A stretch of DNA of 64,000 nt from Lama glama (taxonomy: Eukaryota): the NCBI GenBank assembly GCA_028534125.1, contig CM052816.1, positions 72,728,001 through 72,792,000 on the forward strand. Direction: 5' to 3'. The position numbers and the translations under genes were made by a program. Of this stretch, positions 37,807-52,520 are shown piece after piece. A model generated the notes under the pieces. The model saw only the letters and a program-made list of their open reading frames with translations. It made no database searches and was not told where the DNA came from. Position 1 is the stretch's first letter. The number at the start of each line of letters is the position of its first letter.

Positions 37807-40800
37807 GTATTTGCAGAGTCATGTAATGATACAGCCTTCTCTATAGTTCCAATGATACGATATCTGTGCCACTTCAAAAAGAATTCTCAGATAGATGCTT
37901 TTTTTTTTTTAAGTTTCAATCCCACATTTGGGGAAATGAAGTCAACTTTAAATTTCTTCACATTCCCCTAATATATGGGGAAGAGGGAGAGGGGAAAGAA
38001 ACACAGAGTAGCTATGACACATATGTTCCTCAGGAAGTCAGATTTTGCACCAGGTGGTAATTTGCACATGTAACTGTGAAAATAAAACCACTTTACCTAC
38101 TGGGGCAGGCCAGCTCTCTCTGTCTCAGATTTCCAGTGAGGAGAGCTTTTTTTTTTGAGAAGCTAAACTGAGAGGACTATGTAAAAAAATGGGAATGTAC
38201 CTAGGAAGTAAAGATTATTTTTTAGTTTAAAACATTTTTGATAAAATGTGAAATTTTATTGTGTCTAAATATGTGTAGAAGTTAACAATTTTAAGGAAAA
38301 ACACAATCTAGTAATTATAGTAATTTGATATTGTCACCACAACCAAGAGGATAAGCATTCGGCTTGTATTATATATGCCTTTTTAAAAATTTTTATCTTT
38401 ATATTATTTTATTTTTGCTTACTTTGCAAAAGTACCCGTCCCCAAATGACAGCAGAGAGAGTTGATTTTCATCATAGACTGGGGACTTCTAAACTAATTA
38501 TTTAGGTTCCTGGAGGAGAAAAGAAGGTCAGATTAATATCAAAACACACAACATTTGATACCAGGAAAAAGCCAGTAAGAAAAGCTGGGGATATTTGTTT
38601 GTTGGAAAGTACAAGGGGTGAGGGAACTCAAACATAAGAATTTGTTTCCTTTGAAAAAGGTAACATTTTAAGCTAAAACTCAGCAGGATAATCATGGTCT
38701 TTGGGGAATGTGAGAAGAGAGGAAAAAATACAGGATCGATGGTAAGAGGGGAAAACTGTAGATGCTAAGAATAGGGAAATGAATAGACCATAGCTGAGAG
38801 CTTCAAATAAGGTAGCTAGCCTTTAAAAAAATTTAGTGAACACCATCTACAGTTTCCTGTCCAGTAATTTTGATTATCTCAGGTATAGAAAATGGCTGTT
38901 TTGATTACTCAAAAGTTGACATTTTGCAGGAAAAGGCAATGGAAAAATATAGAGTCCTTAATAGAGATGTGTGGTGGGTAGAGATTGAGAGGTTGTAAGA
39001 TGCCAGAAATGAGGGTAAGTTATGGGTGGAATAGGCAAATAGAATGAACATGGACAAGAAGGAATTTTTTTATACAGCTGGGTAAATAATTGAAAGTGGC
39101 AAAGAGGATGGAGGAAAATGAGCAAAACCTAAGGGTTATGAGGTATGAAAGAACTGAAATGACTATTTGAGAAAGCTACCAGAGAAGAAGCGACTTTGGG
39201 AAGAGGGGTAGGCGTAGTCATAAGTCTCGGGAAAAGCAGAGAAGGAGAGGAAGAGTTTTACGAGGCTGAAGGTATACAAAAATTAATTGACAGTTAATTG
39301 GTAGCGTTTTGGAAGTGACAATAGAAAGAAGAATCCAAGAAAAAGCACTCAACAGCATGAGGATTGATAATAGGTGTGGCGAGCTGGGGAATAGATAACT
39401 GTATTTTGACTGGGGACACAGGCTATTAAAGATGAGAGGACCTGAAGGTTATGGGCTGGCCATTCCAAATGTGATGCTAGGTAGAGTAGGAGACTGATCA
39501 GTCCAATGACTACAGTCGTCATCAGTGTTCAAAGAGGTCTCTGTAAAGAGGGCTTTTCTCTCACATATCACATAAAGCCCTCTGCACTTTACCTAAAGCA
39601 TGGTAGGATAATCTAGATCATTTTCAAGGTAAGAATTGCAGAAGGCACAAAAGGGCTCTTAAAATATTGATTTTAGTATTGATTAAGACTACTACATATT
39701 GAATTCTGGATACGTTAGCTGTGAAATAGACCCAAGAATCCGATTTTATTTTACACCTTAAAGATAAGAATGTTCTGTGTCAAGAGAGCTGTTTCTGGCC
39801 CATTTGATTTCCTTAATGCTACTTTGATAAGAATTCTGAAAGCATATTTGAAGCCTTCAATCAATAGAAGATCATAGAAGCAATCTAAATATAAATGATT
39901 CCCATCTGTGAAATCCAAGATTAAGGATAGATCAATATATTCTTTGAAAAATCTTGAATTAATCTTGACACTTTTTTTGGTTAGGTAAAACATAGTAGAT
40001 CAGATAGTTAAAGACAGATTAAGGTCCACTGATTTCATAGGTGAGTGTTTAGATTGAGAGACACCTCAATCCAATTTATCAAGAAAAAATGTGGAAACAT
40101 TTTGAAACCACTCTGCTAATTTATGGATATCTGCCACACAGCACAGTTTGGGATTTGACTATTTAAGAACAGGATGGGTTATACATTGCTCTTGGGAAAA
40201 ATATTACAAAAATATAATTGTGGTGAACAATTCTGCAAATATTAGAGCAGGATTTGGGATTCTGCATCAAGTTATCTTAGAGTATTCTTCAAATTATCTT
40301 ACTCAGAGAATTCTTCCAGCTATTGTATCTGGAGTTATAAGACTCCAACAGGGCAGAATTCTAGAACTATAATATTTTTTAAAGAATTCAGTGACTATTT
40401 GTGATCAGCTCTTTCCTCTCACTGAAGTCATATGAACAACACAATGTACTGAGCTGGACAAATGTAAAGCACAGTACCTTTCCACTGACATATTTTGTAG
40501 TCCATTTGTTGGTGAAAATAAAATTGAAGAGCTACTTTAAAAAGTTATTTTTATTATTTTTTTCTATCGACTCTCATAAGTACCACTCAAAACATACTGC
40601 TGGTGGGTCAGAACAGTCTGTTTTTCTGCTGCCACATCCTGAGCACTCAGATCAGGTTGCAAATCAGATTACTTGGAAGGTAGAAAATAATGAAGTTATT
40701 TTTTTAATTCCCTGTTTTAAAACACAAAAGCAAAAACTTTACACTCTTAAAATCAAAAGCTGCTTGTGCTGTTATTGTTAACCTCCTGCAACATTCTCAT

Positions 40801-41183
40801 CCATTCATTTAACAGCAACTTACTGAGTGTCACCTACAGTGCTATTTTTGTGTAAAGTCAGATTTGCATGCAGTAGCATTAAGATAATTGATTTAAATGG
40901 TAATTTATCACTCTAAGGTATTTACCTCATAGATGGCAAAAACTGAAAATATTAATGAATTAACCAATGGTGTTGGCCACTTGGTTAGGATGTTGAATAA
41001 AGTCACACTGAGCTTATCCTACAAACTGCCCTGAGACTACAAGAAGTTGTGGCTATGCTTAAATTAGATCAGACATTTCCTTCTATGGTTACACAACTAT
41101 CTCCAGATGTATGTGCTCCATAAGGAGGTAGTCTTCTCATTCCAAATCTTCCATGAGCAAGGTTTTAACAGGAACATTGATAT

Positions 41184-41775
41184 CTCCCATATGACCTAGC
41201 TGTCCCACTTCTGGGTATTTATCAAAATAACACAAAAACACTAATTTGAAAAGATACATGCACTCCTATGTTCATCACAGTATTATTTACCATAGCCAAG
41301 ACATGGAAACAACTTAAGTATCCATCAATAGATGAATGGATAAAGAAGATGATGTGATGGTTGTTCAGCCATAAAAAGATGACATCTTACCATCTGTGAC
41401 AACATGGATGGACCTTGAGGTTATTATGTTAAGTGAAATGAGTCAGACAGAGCAACACAAATATCATGTGATTTCACTCCCATGTGGAATATAAAAATAA
41501 GCAACCAAAATATCTGAAATAAATGGACAAACCAAATCAAAAAAATAAATAAATAAACACATAGATTCAGAGAACAGAGTGAGTGGTTACCAGAGGGAAA
41601 AGGCAGGCATGGGCAAAATGGGTAAAGGGGATCAACTGTATGGTGACAGATAGAAACTAAGATTTTGGTGGTGAGCATGCTGTACCTTACACAGAAGTAG
41701 AAAAATAATGTACATATAAAGCTTATATAATGTTATAAATCAATGTTAACTCAATAGAAATAAATTTTTAATAAA
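41184..41775 (+). mobile_element. L1 3' end (L1MA-like)
   Basis: cccatatgacctagctgtcccacttctgggtatttatc...gtggttaccagaggg...caatgttaactcaatagaaataaa. Confidence 0.92.
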
Positions 41776-44543
41776 ATATTAATTAATTAATTAATCTTGG
41801 CAACTGGTCACATGTGAAGATTATGCCTGCCAAGGTATATGAATTATAAGAGTTCAACAGACAATCACATTGGGCTCAGGCACTACACACATTCATGTGT
41901 ATGTCAAAAGTAATATTACATATATTATGTTGTTCTTTTGTCAGGTAGATAAAAATGAATGGAGGTACCTAGATTTGACTCTCTGTAATTAGCCTCTGAT
42001 ATTAACCAGTGTCAAAATAGCCAATCTGCTGTGCTTCTTCCAGTGTTAGAGTTTGGGATAGTTCCAAAAAATGAGGTCACTTTTGAACACATAATGTTAA
42101 AGGCCAGAAAGGGAGACTCTTTATAAAATTAATTATGTGAGTTATTACTGAGCACTTTCTATATAGTAGAGTTAGTATGTAAATCTAGCACTATGATACA
42201 GTATTCCAAAATTGTGAAGGTGGGAATAGAAATGGGGTGGAGGTTAGGCTTAATTCTAGGGATTATCCTGTACAATAGGTGTTCAGGAATTATATGGCAG
42301 CAAAGCAAAAAAATGTTTCTTATAACCCCATTAACTTTCTTTATGAAAAGAGCGGTTATTTTTCTCTGGAAAACAGTTTAGAAATAACATGGTTTTCTTA
42401 AAGCAATTGGTAAGTAACTGTTAGAATATGTTATTTTATTTCAGTAAACAATCCCTTAGGATCACATGAAAGGCATCTAACTTCTCAAAAAGAAAGTAGT
42501 AAATCCGTTAAGTCAGCTGTGTTGAGAATGGGCCATAGTTCTCTATAACATCCCAAACTTCACTCTACAAAGCCTGATCATTGGGTGATGGTTGCTGCCC
42601 ATATATTTATAATTTATAGACTGGCAGACTGTTTCGGATATTATTTACTTCAAATAATAAGGTTGAAAAGAGATTAGTTTCTTGTTTGATCCAGAACTTT
42701 ATATTCTGCAATTTTACCCAATTTCTCATCTATGTAACACTTAACACAAAAGATATATATTGAACATTTGGTCAGGAAGTGCTTAGATATACATATAAAA
42801 TTTTATTATAAACAAAAAATTTAAATCTGTAGTTTTCTTTTCCTGCTTTACTAGTGGAAACCTTTTTTAAATTATATTTTACTGTATTACTTTTAATGAA
42901 AAGTTATTGATGAAAATGTTGGTACCATTTTTCTTTATAAATTTAGTGACCAAGAAATATCACAGGGAATAATAGCAAAAGGACTTTCCTGTGGGTTTGC
43001 TAAATAAAAAACCAAGCTAAAAAATATTTTGAAGGAAATACAATTCTTAATGCTTTAAAATAAATTGTTACATGTTTAGCTGTCTGATATCAAAATATGT
43101 GATCTGTTGACTTTAAAATCTAGGACCCCGCTCTTAAAAAAATTCAGAACAGTGTATGTATATATTTCCGCAAAGACAGATTTTTTTGCTCACTATAATT
43201 ACTATGTCAAAAAGAAAGACTGTTTAAAGAAAGAATTAATGGCGAATAGAAATATATCAAAGTGAAAAAAACATTTAATTAAAGACAGATTTGGTGATTT
43301 TATAAAAGCAAAACCCCAGCTGTGCTGTCATGTTAACCTCTGTATACTTCAGTACACATTTCTTAAGAACTACAAAAGTTTTCTTATTGAGATATAGTTT
43401 CTAAATCAAAATATTAAATTTGTGGGTTTCTTCCTATTTCTCAGATAATTTCTCAATGCATGGTGTCCTCATTACTTCAAAAGTAGACCATTCTTTTGGT
43501 CAATTATACAAAATGTGATTCTGAGTATTTCAAATTGTGTATCTTTGTATATTCATGCATATTTGTTACTTTTATTTATTAACTCAGTAGTCCTTCAACA
43601 ATTAAAAATTTTATTCTAGAATATAGGTCTGCTCCTAAGTGGGTTTTGTTATTCTAGACGAGGTGAAATATAAACAGAAACTGTATTAGCAGTTAGATTA
43701 GCAGGAGAATGATAAATGATAAATGAAAAGATTCAGATTCTGAATGAGAAGTTATAGATATAAGTTTCACTTCTAAAATTCTGATGGAGGATGTTCATTT
43801 GTCAAATGTTTGTGCTTTCTAAATAATCTCACCTATCATAATGGATTTTGTGAAAATACAAATAAGAAAGTTTCACAGGAAAGGGAAACCTGTACCATAC
43901 AGATAATACAATGGAGATAACAATTTTAATTTTTAAAAACGTGTTGCACAATTTTTTTTAACCATTCAGAGAACTTTTATCTCAAAAGCCACTATCCATG
44001 TTCTATATATTCAATAAAAGAAGTACTGCTACTCATATAGCTGAAAGTTAACTGCAATTGATTCACAATCTAACTTTATGTTTTGCAATTTAATTACTTT
44101 TGCTAACAGTTTTCGGTCCTTGGTTTATTTGTTTTCTGGTCTTTTTTTTTTTTTTTGGCTCTTCAGCAAATCTATTAGCATGGGATGAGAAGAGAGAAGA
44201 GGGTGCCTATCATTTCTCAAATTTGTTAACTTATTTTAAAGTACCTTTGCTAAAATGCTTGGAAGGACAGTAAATGAAAACTACTGGCAAAACCAATTGT
44301 TCTTTAAAATATGACCCACAGATTTAATGTATTTATGTTACCTCTGTTCCCTATGGAGAACCCACAGTTGGTTGTAATAGTCAGAGTGCCAGCCAGACTT
44401 CAATGTAAGGGTAAAGGCATGTAATCTCTGTTTCTATTTGTCAAAGTTCTTCCTGTATTTTTATTAAATCAATACTTGCACTACGTAATGTCAATGCCTA
44501 CTGACTCTGGTAGTATTCTTGACTTCTAAAAAATGGATTATAA

Positions 44544-44801
<258 letters not shown>

Positions 44802-45869
44802 TAATGATCTAGTTATCCTCCATAAATGGTTAGAGAAAACTTTGCTTCAATGGATATAAAATTAGCTGTTATTTTTCTCTTTCTACAACTAAATTTTATT
44901 TACATGAAATATGCCAGGGGATGTATATGTTACAGCATCTATTTTTAGATATCTTACTCTGTGTATTTTGAGATATATTTTATTTCAAAAATACACATAC
45001 AAACACACACATATAATCATAGTACAACATTCTTTTAAAATTACCTACTGGTCAGAATGACTTCTTTCTTTCAACGTGATCTTAGCATTTACTATGTTCA
45101 AGACATGAAATTCTAGACGTTGTTAAACATGAAGACACATGTACATCAGTGTAAATGCAAATGAGATGCATTTGACATGCAATATTTCAGGTAGTACTTC
45201 CTTCTAGTGAAAATACCATGGAAGAGGCAGCCTTTAAACTTTGCCTTGAAAGATATGTAAATATAAAAATGTCTGTGAAATATAAATTTGATTTACACAG
45301 TTAAATGTACTTATAGTCACATTTAATTTTAAGAGTGTATGTTTTGATCTACATAGTGCAACACTCACAAAGGAACTGAAACAATAGTGAATATTTTAAT
45401 ATATATTCACAAATATTTGTTCTCTTTTTATATATGTTTCATATTTTCTTCTTGTATTACATTTTAATTATTACATTTAAGAAGATGTTACTTAAGTTAG
45501 CTATATGTTAGAATAGCCTTCTCTTCTCTTTGACATTTTATAGAAAGTACATTTTATGAGACTTTCACAAATTTTAACTTTGGCATAAATTGAATACCCT
45601 CTTCTTTCCCAAACTGTTTTTTTATTAATTTCATAGCTTATTATTATAGCAATGACATGGGCATCTTAGAAATATACATTTTTTTCTCCCAATAACTGTA
45701 GCTCAGGCTTTGTGTTTGAAGGCCAGAGGGGTTTATGGCACATGTAAAGAAGAGTGTCTTTTTCTCCCTTTTCTCTCTTTTTGCCTATGTATTTTCCTCC
45801 CTCCTTCTCCCCTCCCTTTCTTCCTTCCTTCTTTGTTGCTTTCACTCCTTTCTTCGAGACCTGATATTC

Positions 45870-46160
45870 ACCTGGATCTCTCCTTCATTTCATTCATACC
45901 TGCTTAAATGTCACTGCCTCACAGAAGCCTTCCCTGACAGCCCTAATACATCACCCAATATGTTTATATTTCATCTTAAAAGAATTTAGCAACACACGAA
46001 CGTGCACGTGGGCATGCGTGCACACATAATCTGTTGTTTATATTTTTGTGTGTCTCCCACACTGGAATGTAAGTTCCATTAGGTCAAAGAATTTGTCTTG
46101 TTCTACCCTTTATCTCCAGTGCCTAGAACAGTTCCAGACACAGTAATTTGCTGTAATCTA
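45870..46160 (+). mobile_element. L2 3' end
   Basis: cttaaatgtcactgcctcacagaagccttccctgac...ctggaatgtaagttccat...tctccagtgcctagaacagt. Confidence 0.85.
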
Positions 46161-47249
46161 GTCACTTATCAAAAGTTTGGGGAATGTTCTATATGGGACT
46201 TTCTGTATCTAAAAAACAAGCCAGGGAGTTTCTTTTCTAATCTCTTTTCTAGCTCTTTTCTTTTCGAACTCACTTTTCTTATCTGTGTAGTTCCCTTGAT
46301 TATAGATTTACCACTTTTCATATCATTGAAGATGCAATACATAAAGACAATACTAAGATATTTGGGGGTGAGGAAAAAATAGCTCTATAATCTGGCTACT
46401 GACTGAATGAATAGTATAAAAAATACTAACATTGCTGCCAAAAGATGGTTCATCATTGGCACCAACTAATATTTAAGTTTGCAAGTAATTATTATTTTAA
46501 ATTTTCCCGAGGTATCTTTCAAAAAATAGCAGTTGTCTTTATTGGAAGAGTAAAGGGACTGTTTTTAGGTATCCATAAATTGCATGTAATTGCATAAATT
46601 GCTTGTTGAATTGCAAATTTTATAAGGTTGGGAAATATAATACTTAATACATACAGTGGGATATGCATTTAATGAAGAAAAATTTTAACGTCTTGCTCAT
46701 TTTTCTTTAAATGCCTCTGCATGTTCTCATTTGTGTCTGTGTTTGTGTTTGAGCTAACATAGCCAAACATTTTTTATATACTGATGTTGAACAAAATACC
46801 CTTTCCTGAATTTACAGTTCACTTTTTTGCTTTTTTTTTTTCTGTTTGGCTGCAGTTTTACTTACGAAATGGGCTCGTATTTTCTTTCATATTTATTGAA
46901 TATTATTTCCATGTTTAATGTAGAGGATAGGAAAGAGTTAACTATAAAGACCAGAAATTCTTCTGTATTGTGGTTATTAGTGATAGGAAGGAGATAACGA
47001 CCATAAAAAAGACCATTTTTAATCAATAGAGAATCTGATGGTGTCATCTGACCTTGCAGATCCTATTTTCTATCCTAAAGCTATTGAGTTCTCGAAAACC
47101 TTCCATCCTTCACAATAAAACAGAGAAAAATGTATTTACATACAAAGAGAGTTGGAAAGGAGAAGTTAAAATCCAATATAAGCAAGAAGCACCCTGTATT
47201 TACATATCATGCTTAAGCCCAGAGCTTCAAGAAATGCTCTCTTGTTTGG

Positions 47250-47430
47250 TTCTCACCGCAGAAGAATGAGTGAGATAAGCTTTATTCTCTTCTGTTTTGC
47301 AGTTCAGAAAACTGAAACTTTTAGAGGTTAAACTATTTGTTCATTGTCACACATGCAGATTGTAGAGTCAAGATTAAAATGCGTATCTATCTGACTCCTT
47401 AATTTCTGTTCTAAACCATGTTAGAATACT
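47250..47430 (-). mobile_element. MIR SINE
   Basis: ttttgcagttcagaaaactgaaacttttagaggttaaactatttgttcattgtcacac. Confidence 0.7.
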
Positions 47431-48971
47431 TTATGTTGCATAGATTATTAATAAAACAGTTAAGAAAAGTAGATACAAAAAAGAAAACCTGTAGTCACAG
47501 CATGCCAGTTGTAGTATAAAGTCACTTGAAAATCAGGATTTGACCTCTGACACTAAAAACTGACAAGACTAATATGAGAAGCAGATGTAGAAAAATAAAT
47601 GAAACTAGGAAGCAAAAACGGAGAAGCCAGATCAGGGTGGACGCGGAACATAATACGAGTCATTTTGGGGTATGGATTGACAATTACTCTTTAACATTTG
47701 ACATTATTACAAAATGACTTAAGATAAAGATTAGGTAGAGTGTTCAGACAATTCCTTGTGCATTCCTGCCTTCCCATATCATGTACTCTTAAATATTATT
47801 TTGAATACTCCTTAACCATATTTGCATTTATATTTTTTCTATACTTTATCTCCATATATTTTAAATCTTTCTTAAACACATTTGCATATATATCTATATC
47901 CTTCTCTCTGTATACTTGAATCCTCCTTAACGATGTGTGCATTTGTATTTATATCCTTATCTATATTTACACATCCATAGCGACTTACCCTCAATGCCCT
48001 ATGATGAGAAATGCCATAACTATACTATCTCACTAACTGGTAATTTGTTTGATATATTTATTCTTATGTTAATTGCTTCCAATCTGCATTTTATTCCATA
48101 GAAATAGGTTAAATTCCTCTTAGCTAATTCCTTCCCAGTCCTTATAAATTCTACTAAAATAATTCTTTAAATGCTGTTTTTTAAAAAGTCAATTGCTAAC
48201 ATGGTGGGCTACTTGAATTGGTGAGGTAAGAGATAACTGACTTGCAAAATGCAACCTGAACAGGGATTGATCTTGTGTCATATTTGTAATATTTACTTTT
48301 GTTTCATTCAGTAAATATTTGAATTACAGAATTCTATTTGAATGAAAATCTTAGATTTGCCAGATAATTAATGTTTAATAAGATTAATTCCAAAAATCTT
48401 CTCATTGGTATGATATCTTTTTTACTTTCCCCTAGGATATTTTTTGACTATGTTTTAGGTTTAGCACACACACTGAAACTACAATAGTCCATCATTAAAT
48501 GGATTAGAGGCAATGGGTTTTTGGTTTAAATTATAAAAATATTATAAAATATTCATTTGGGAATCTAAGAAAATTCTAAAATATGATGCAGCTGACCTTG
48601 CATATGAATTTTGACGTAACTTAGAGAATGACTTTACAGAATAAAGAAAGAGTTGCAGATAAATAGTACATTCCTAGAGCAATGTTTCTCCAGTTGAGGT
48701 CTGCAGGTTCACCCTCAGGGAACCCACAGGTTTTTCTCCCAGAAACCTTATAAATGTAAGAGTACATGTTGGCAATAGTTTGAATGTTTCAAGGTAAGCA
48801 TATTATGAATTTAGTTATCATCTACCCTAAATATAGAGTCTGGATTTAATTTTGTAGTTGAATTGTGTTGTGCCATGAGGTGTTACATAAAATAATTCTG
48901 GCCTGTAAGCTTAATAAGTAAGTGATCCATTTGTACCAAGGCTAAACGACATCCTGTTAAATGTTGTACAA

Positions 48972-49113
48972 GGGGAGGGTATAGCTCAGTGGTAGCGTGC
49001 ATGCTTAGCATGCTTCAGGTCATGGGTTCAGTCCCCAGTTCCTCCATTATAAATACATAAATATATAAATAAGCCTAATTACCTCCCCCCCAAAATTAAT
49101 TAAAGAAAAAAAT
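48972..49113 (+). mobile_element. tRNA-derived camelid-type SINE (vic-1-like)
   Basis: ggggagggta TAGCTCAGTGG (A box) tagcgtgcatgcttagcatgc... GGTTCAGTCC (B-box-like)...aattacctccccccc plus an A-rich tail. Same family as 29111-29250. Confidence 0.9.
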
Positions 49114-49465
49114 AGCTTTAATGTTCTGAAATGAAGTGATATGAAAATTAATGAAACAATTTAAAAATAAAATTTTAAAATAATTTTCACCATAGGCAAA
49201 ATGGAGAAATAGATTTGAAAACTAAGTCACTCATTACATAGTGTACAATTTATGTGTTAAATTACATACTCTAGAAAAACTAGTATTGTGATAATCAGTG
49301 CTATATTCACCTTGTATGTAAATATTTGGTTTCAGCAAAAATATATCATCCATCACAACCAATTTACATTAAGATGTATTTATTAACTTATTATTTTGTT
49401 AACATTTGATTTGTAAACTTATATCTGTTTTAACTTTACAAGGACTATAAGGATAAGAGACATAC

Positions 49466-49531
49466 CTAGTTTTATTCTTGTATTTATTTGAGTTATATCT
49501 AGTTTTATTCTTATATTTATTTGAGTTATAT
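49466..49531. repeat. 33-bp tandem duplication
   Basis: ctagttttattctt(g/a)tatttatttgagttatat twice, with one mismatch. Confidence 0.95.
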
Positions 49532-51430
49532 CATCATCAAAATGATTTTAGCCAACTCAAAGATCATTCCTTACAATGTTTTATTTTTTTGTTATTTGAA
49601 GGAGTCTATGCATTATTTCATCTTGAGAAATGCCATTTTAGAGGGCAGACAATATGTCTTAGAAGTATCTGTTTACCCCATGGGTCCTATGCCAATCTTG
49701 CATATATTGCTAAATAAATACTAATTGTTTATAACTGAATGGGTAATTAACAACAGTATTTGAAAATTAAATGTAAAGAAGTTATTCTGTTGTGCATTTT
49801 CAGTGTTGTTCCTTGGATACTTTTTGTTACAATAATTTGTACATCAAATTATTTCTTCAAAGATTAATAATCACTTGAGCAATTTCTGGGCAATATAACA
49901 TCCTCAAAACTCATGAATCCAAATCAGTGAGCTTCTAATGCTTTTTATTTCTGTATAAATAACAATATTTTTCAGAAAAAAATTTGGGATATATGAACAA
50001 TACTAAGACTATCGGAGGAAAAAAAGAGATATAAAATATCCGAAAGGGTCTAATTAATAAAAACTATGTGGAGAAAATAAGAGATTTGGTTGGAAAATCT
50101 AGATGATTGTCATTTTATTTTCATTTGAGACGGCATATCAAGGACACTTACTAATAACCAAGAGGCCCCACACTATGCACATTTTCCAGCTTTCTTCCAG
50201 TTGGATGGGGCCCTATGATAGTGATATCGGTGGGCTCTGAGTTGACAGTATCATATTTCACTTGTAAGTCTAATCATTGAACCTCCCAGTTAGTTCTCTT
50301 TTCCTCTCCAGAGGCTTGTATTTTAATACGTAACCCATAACATATAACATAGTTTTTCCTGGCTCACCGAGGCTGCAGAATAGGGAGAGAAAAAAACTAG
50401 CAGAATTGAATTTACAGGGATTCATTCCAGAATTCCCTCTACCACTGCTACCTCTGTGGTTTTAGGCAAATCACCAAACTTTCCTGTACGTCAGCTATGA
50501 AATGAGGGTATGCTGTTTACTCTTTCCCTTAGGTAGTCTTACTGAATACTTGCTTTGTGCCAGGCATTGTCATCAGCACTGAACACACAGTAGAGAATGA
50601 CGTGAAGCCCCTGCCCTGGTAGTGCTTACACTCTGATGTGCTTTCATTCACAGCACTGCTTCCTAGTACTGAAAACTGTGCAAAGATTAATTAGATTTTC
50701 TAATCTCTACGAATAGAAAATTATGTTCGAAAGTCATTAATATAAATTGAGGCCTCTGAACTGTGTGCCCTGCTCAAAGAGCAAGTTAGTGAAATACTGT
50801 CCTCTTTCTGCTTGTCAAGCCATGTTCACTTGAAAGTGTAGCCTTTCCTACAATTCTTCCCCCTAATTTAGCCATCCAGAGAGTGCTACTTTCTTCTAAC
50901 AACAGTGTGCTAGTGGCAGCCTTGTATGGACTGAGATAAAATCCATAGAGGATATAAACTAAAGCATGGGGAGACACAAAATAGGGAGATAATGTATTTC
51001 CACTGCTGTCAACTGGTTTTGGATCAAGAACCTTCAACAAAGAGGAGGGATTGAGACACTTTGGTCACTTCTAGCTCAAAAACTGTAATAATCAAAATAA
51101 GTGCATGCTGGGGGGCTAGAGTAAAAAGGGCTGTTTACTGATTCTCAGCGAATGATTTGGAAAAAAAGGAATACATGTTATTCATATGCAAGTCCCCATA
51201 TACAAATAGAACATTGAAACCTTGAGTGATTATATTACTTCCTGTTGATATTTTAGCAAATGCATGAAGATAAAATAGATTCACTTTTTGTTTTACAAAA
51301 ACCCATAGACTAATTAGATAATTATTGACTGAAATATTACAACTAAGATAATATAAATAAGAAATGAAGCTAAAGAGACTATGAATTAAAATGTATATTT
51401 CTCCTCTCTTGAAGTCTAGCAATGTACTTT

Positions 51431-51551
51431 GTTTTTAAGTGATTTTTTTTTTTAATTGACATGTAGTCGGTTTACAATGTGTTAATTTCTGGTTTATATA
51501 TATATATATATATTCCTTTCATATTCTTTTTCACTGTAGGTTATTACAAAA
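51431..51551 (-). mobile_element. Short young L1 3' end with TSD
   Basis: T-tract plus aattgacatgtagtcggtttacaatgtgttaatttctgg...ggttattacaa. TSD TAGCAATGTA(C/T)TTT at 51417-51430 and 51552-51565. Confidence 0.85.
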
Positions 51552-52389
51552 TAGCAATGTATTTTAGATTTGAATTCTATAAATTTGAAATTGTATTATA
51601 TATTATTGATTTTTTTTCTGAGTAGAATGTGTTGCCTTAAGTCTTAACAAAAGGTAACTAAATTTGCTGACAAGTCACTATTGTAGCTCTGTTTTTTTTA
51701 AAAAGTGCATTCATAGCTCCTATGAGTTATAATAACAAAGTAGGTCAGCAGACTGCTGAGTGCTGTGATTCTCCTTCGCCATCCTGTTTCTGTCTATTAG
51801 GAAAGCTAGCCTGGTGACTGTTCTCTATTGGATAGAAACACAACCTCATCACAAAAGTGAAACAATTCACATGCTGACTTCATCCTTCTCAGATGTGTAT
51901 TCTTTTTTATGGGAATGAACATACGGAAATGAATTCTAATCTGCTTTTGTGTTTTCAAATGAAATGTGCATTTCAGAAAAACTTTAACCTGAATTATAGT
52001 TCCATAATAGAGAATGACAAAGGATATTATTTAAATTATATATTATCTGCAGCTGTATTAAGTAGCTTCGGCAATAATAGGACCAATTCATGAAGTTCCT
52101 CCAATTTTTTTCTCACATAGACTAGCTCTTAAATTTTGAGTAATCAAAGGCTAGAAGAAGCACCATTCATGAAATAACTTTATCTAACAAATGGTACCTA
52201 CTAAAATTGGAAAAGAAATAAAGTATCTTATAGTTCAATATTTTATCCAAGAAGACTAATTTACTAGACTTTGTTCTCCATTTCCATATATATATATATT
52301 TTTTTTCATATGAATACTGTGGAGACTTTCAATGATGTAATGTAAAGATACATGTACCACAGTATCTCACTTATTCTGAACCAAAAGAA

Positions 52390-52520
52390 AGCATATTCAT
52401 TCCCATTTTACAGATGAGTAGTCTGACCCAGAGAATTCTTATTAGGTTTACATAAAGCCAGAAGCAGATAGTATGGGAACTGGTGATGAAATCCATTTAT
52501 TCCCTTGAATTAATTCTGAA
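52390..52520 (-). mobile_element. MIR SINE fragment
   Basis: attcccattttacagatgagtagtctgacccagaga. Confidence 0.65.

Noticed and set aside
44939..44948. MEF2 consensus CTATTTTTAG downstream of the exon
   Set aside because: Expected by chance in DNA this AT-rich, with no independent support.
45993..46026. E-box/CpG cluster cacgtg, gcatgcgtg
   Set aside because: It looks like a decayed (CA)/(TG) microsatellite inside an L2.
48972..49045. tRNA gene
   Set aside because: It has A/B-box-like motifs but continues into a SINE body and A-rich tail, with a second diverged copy at 29.1 kb.
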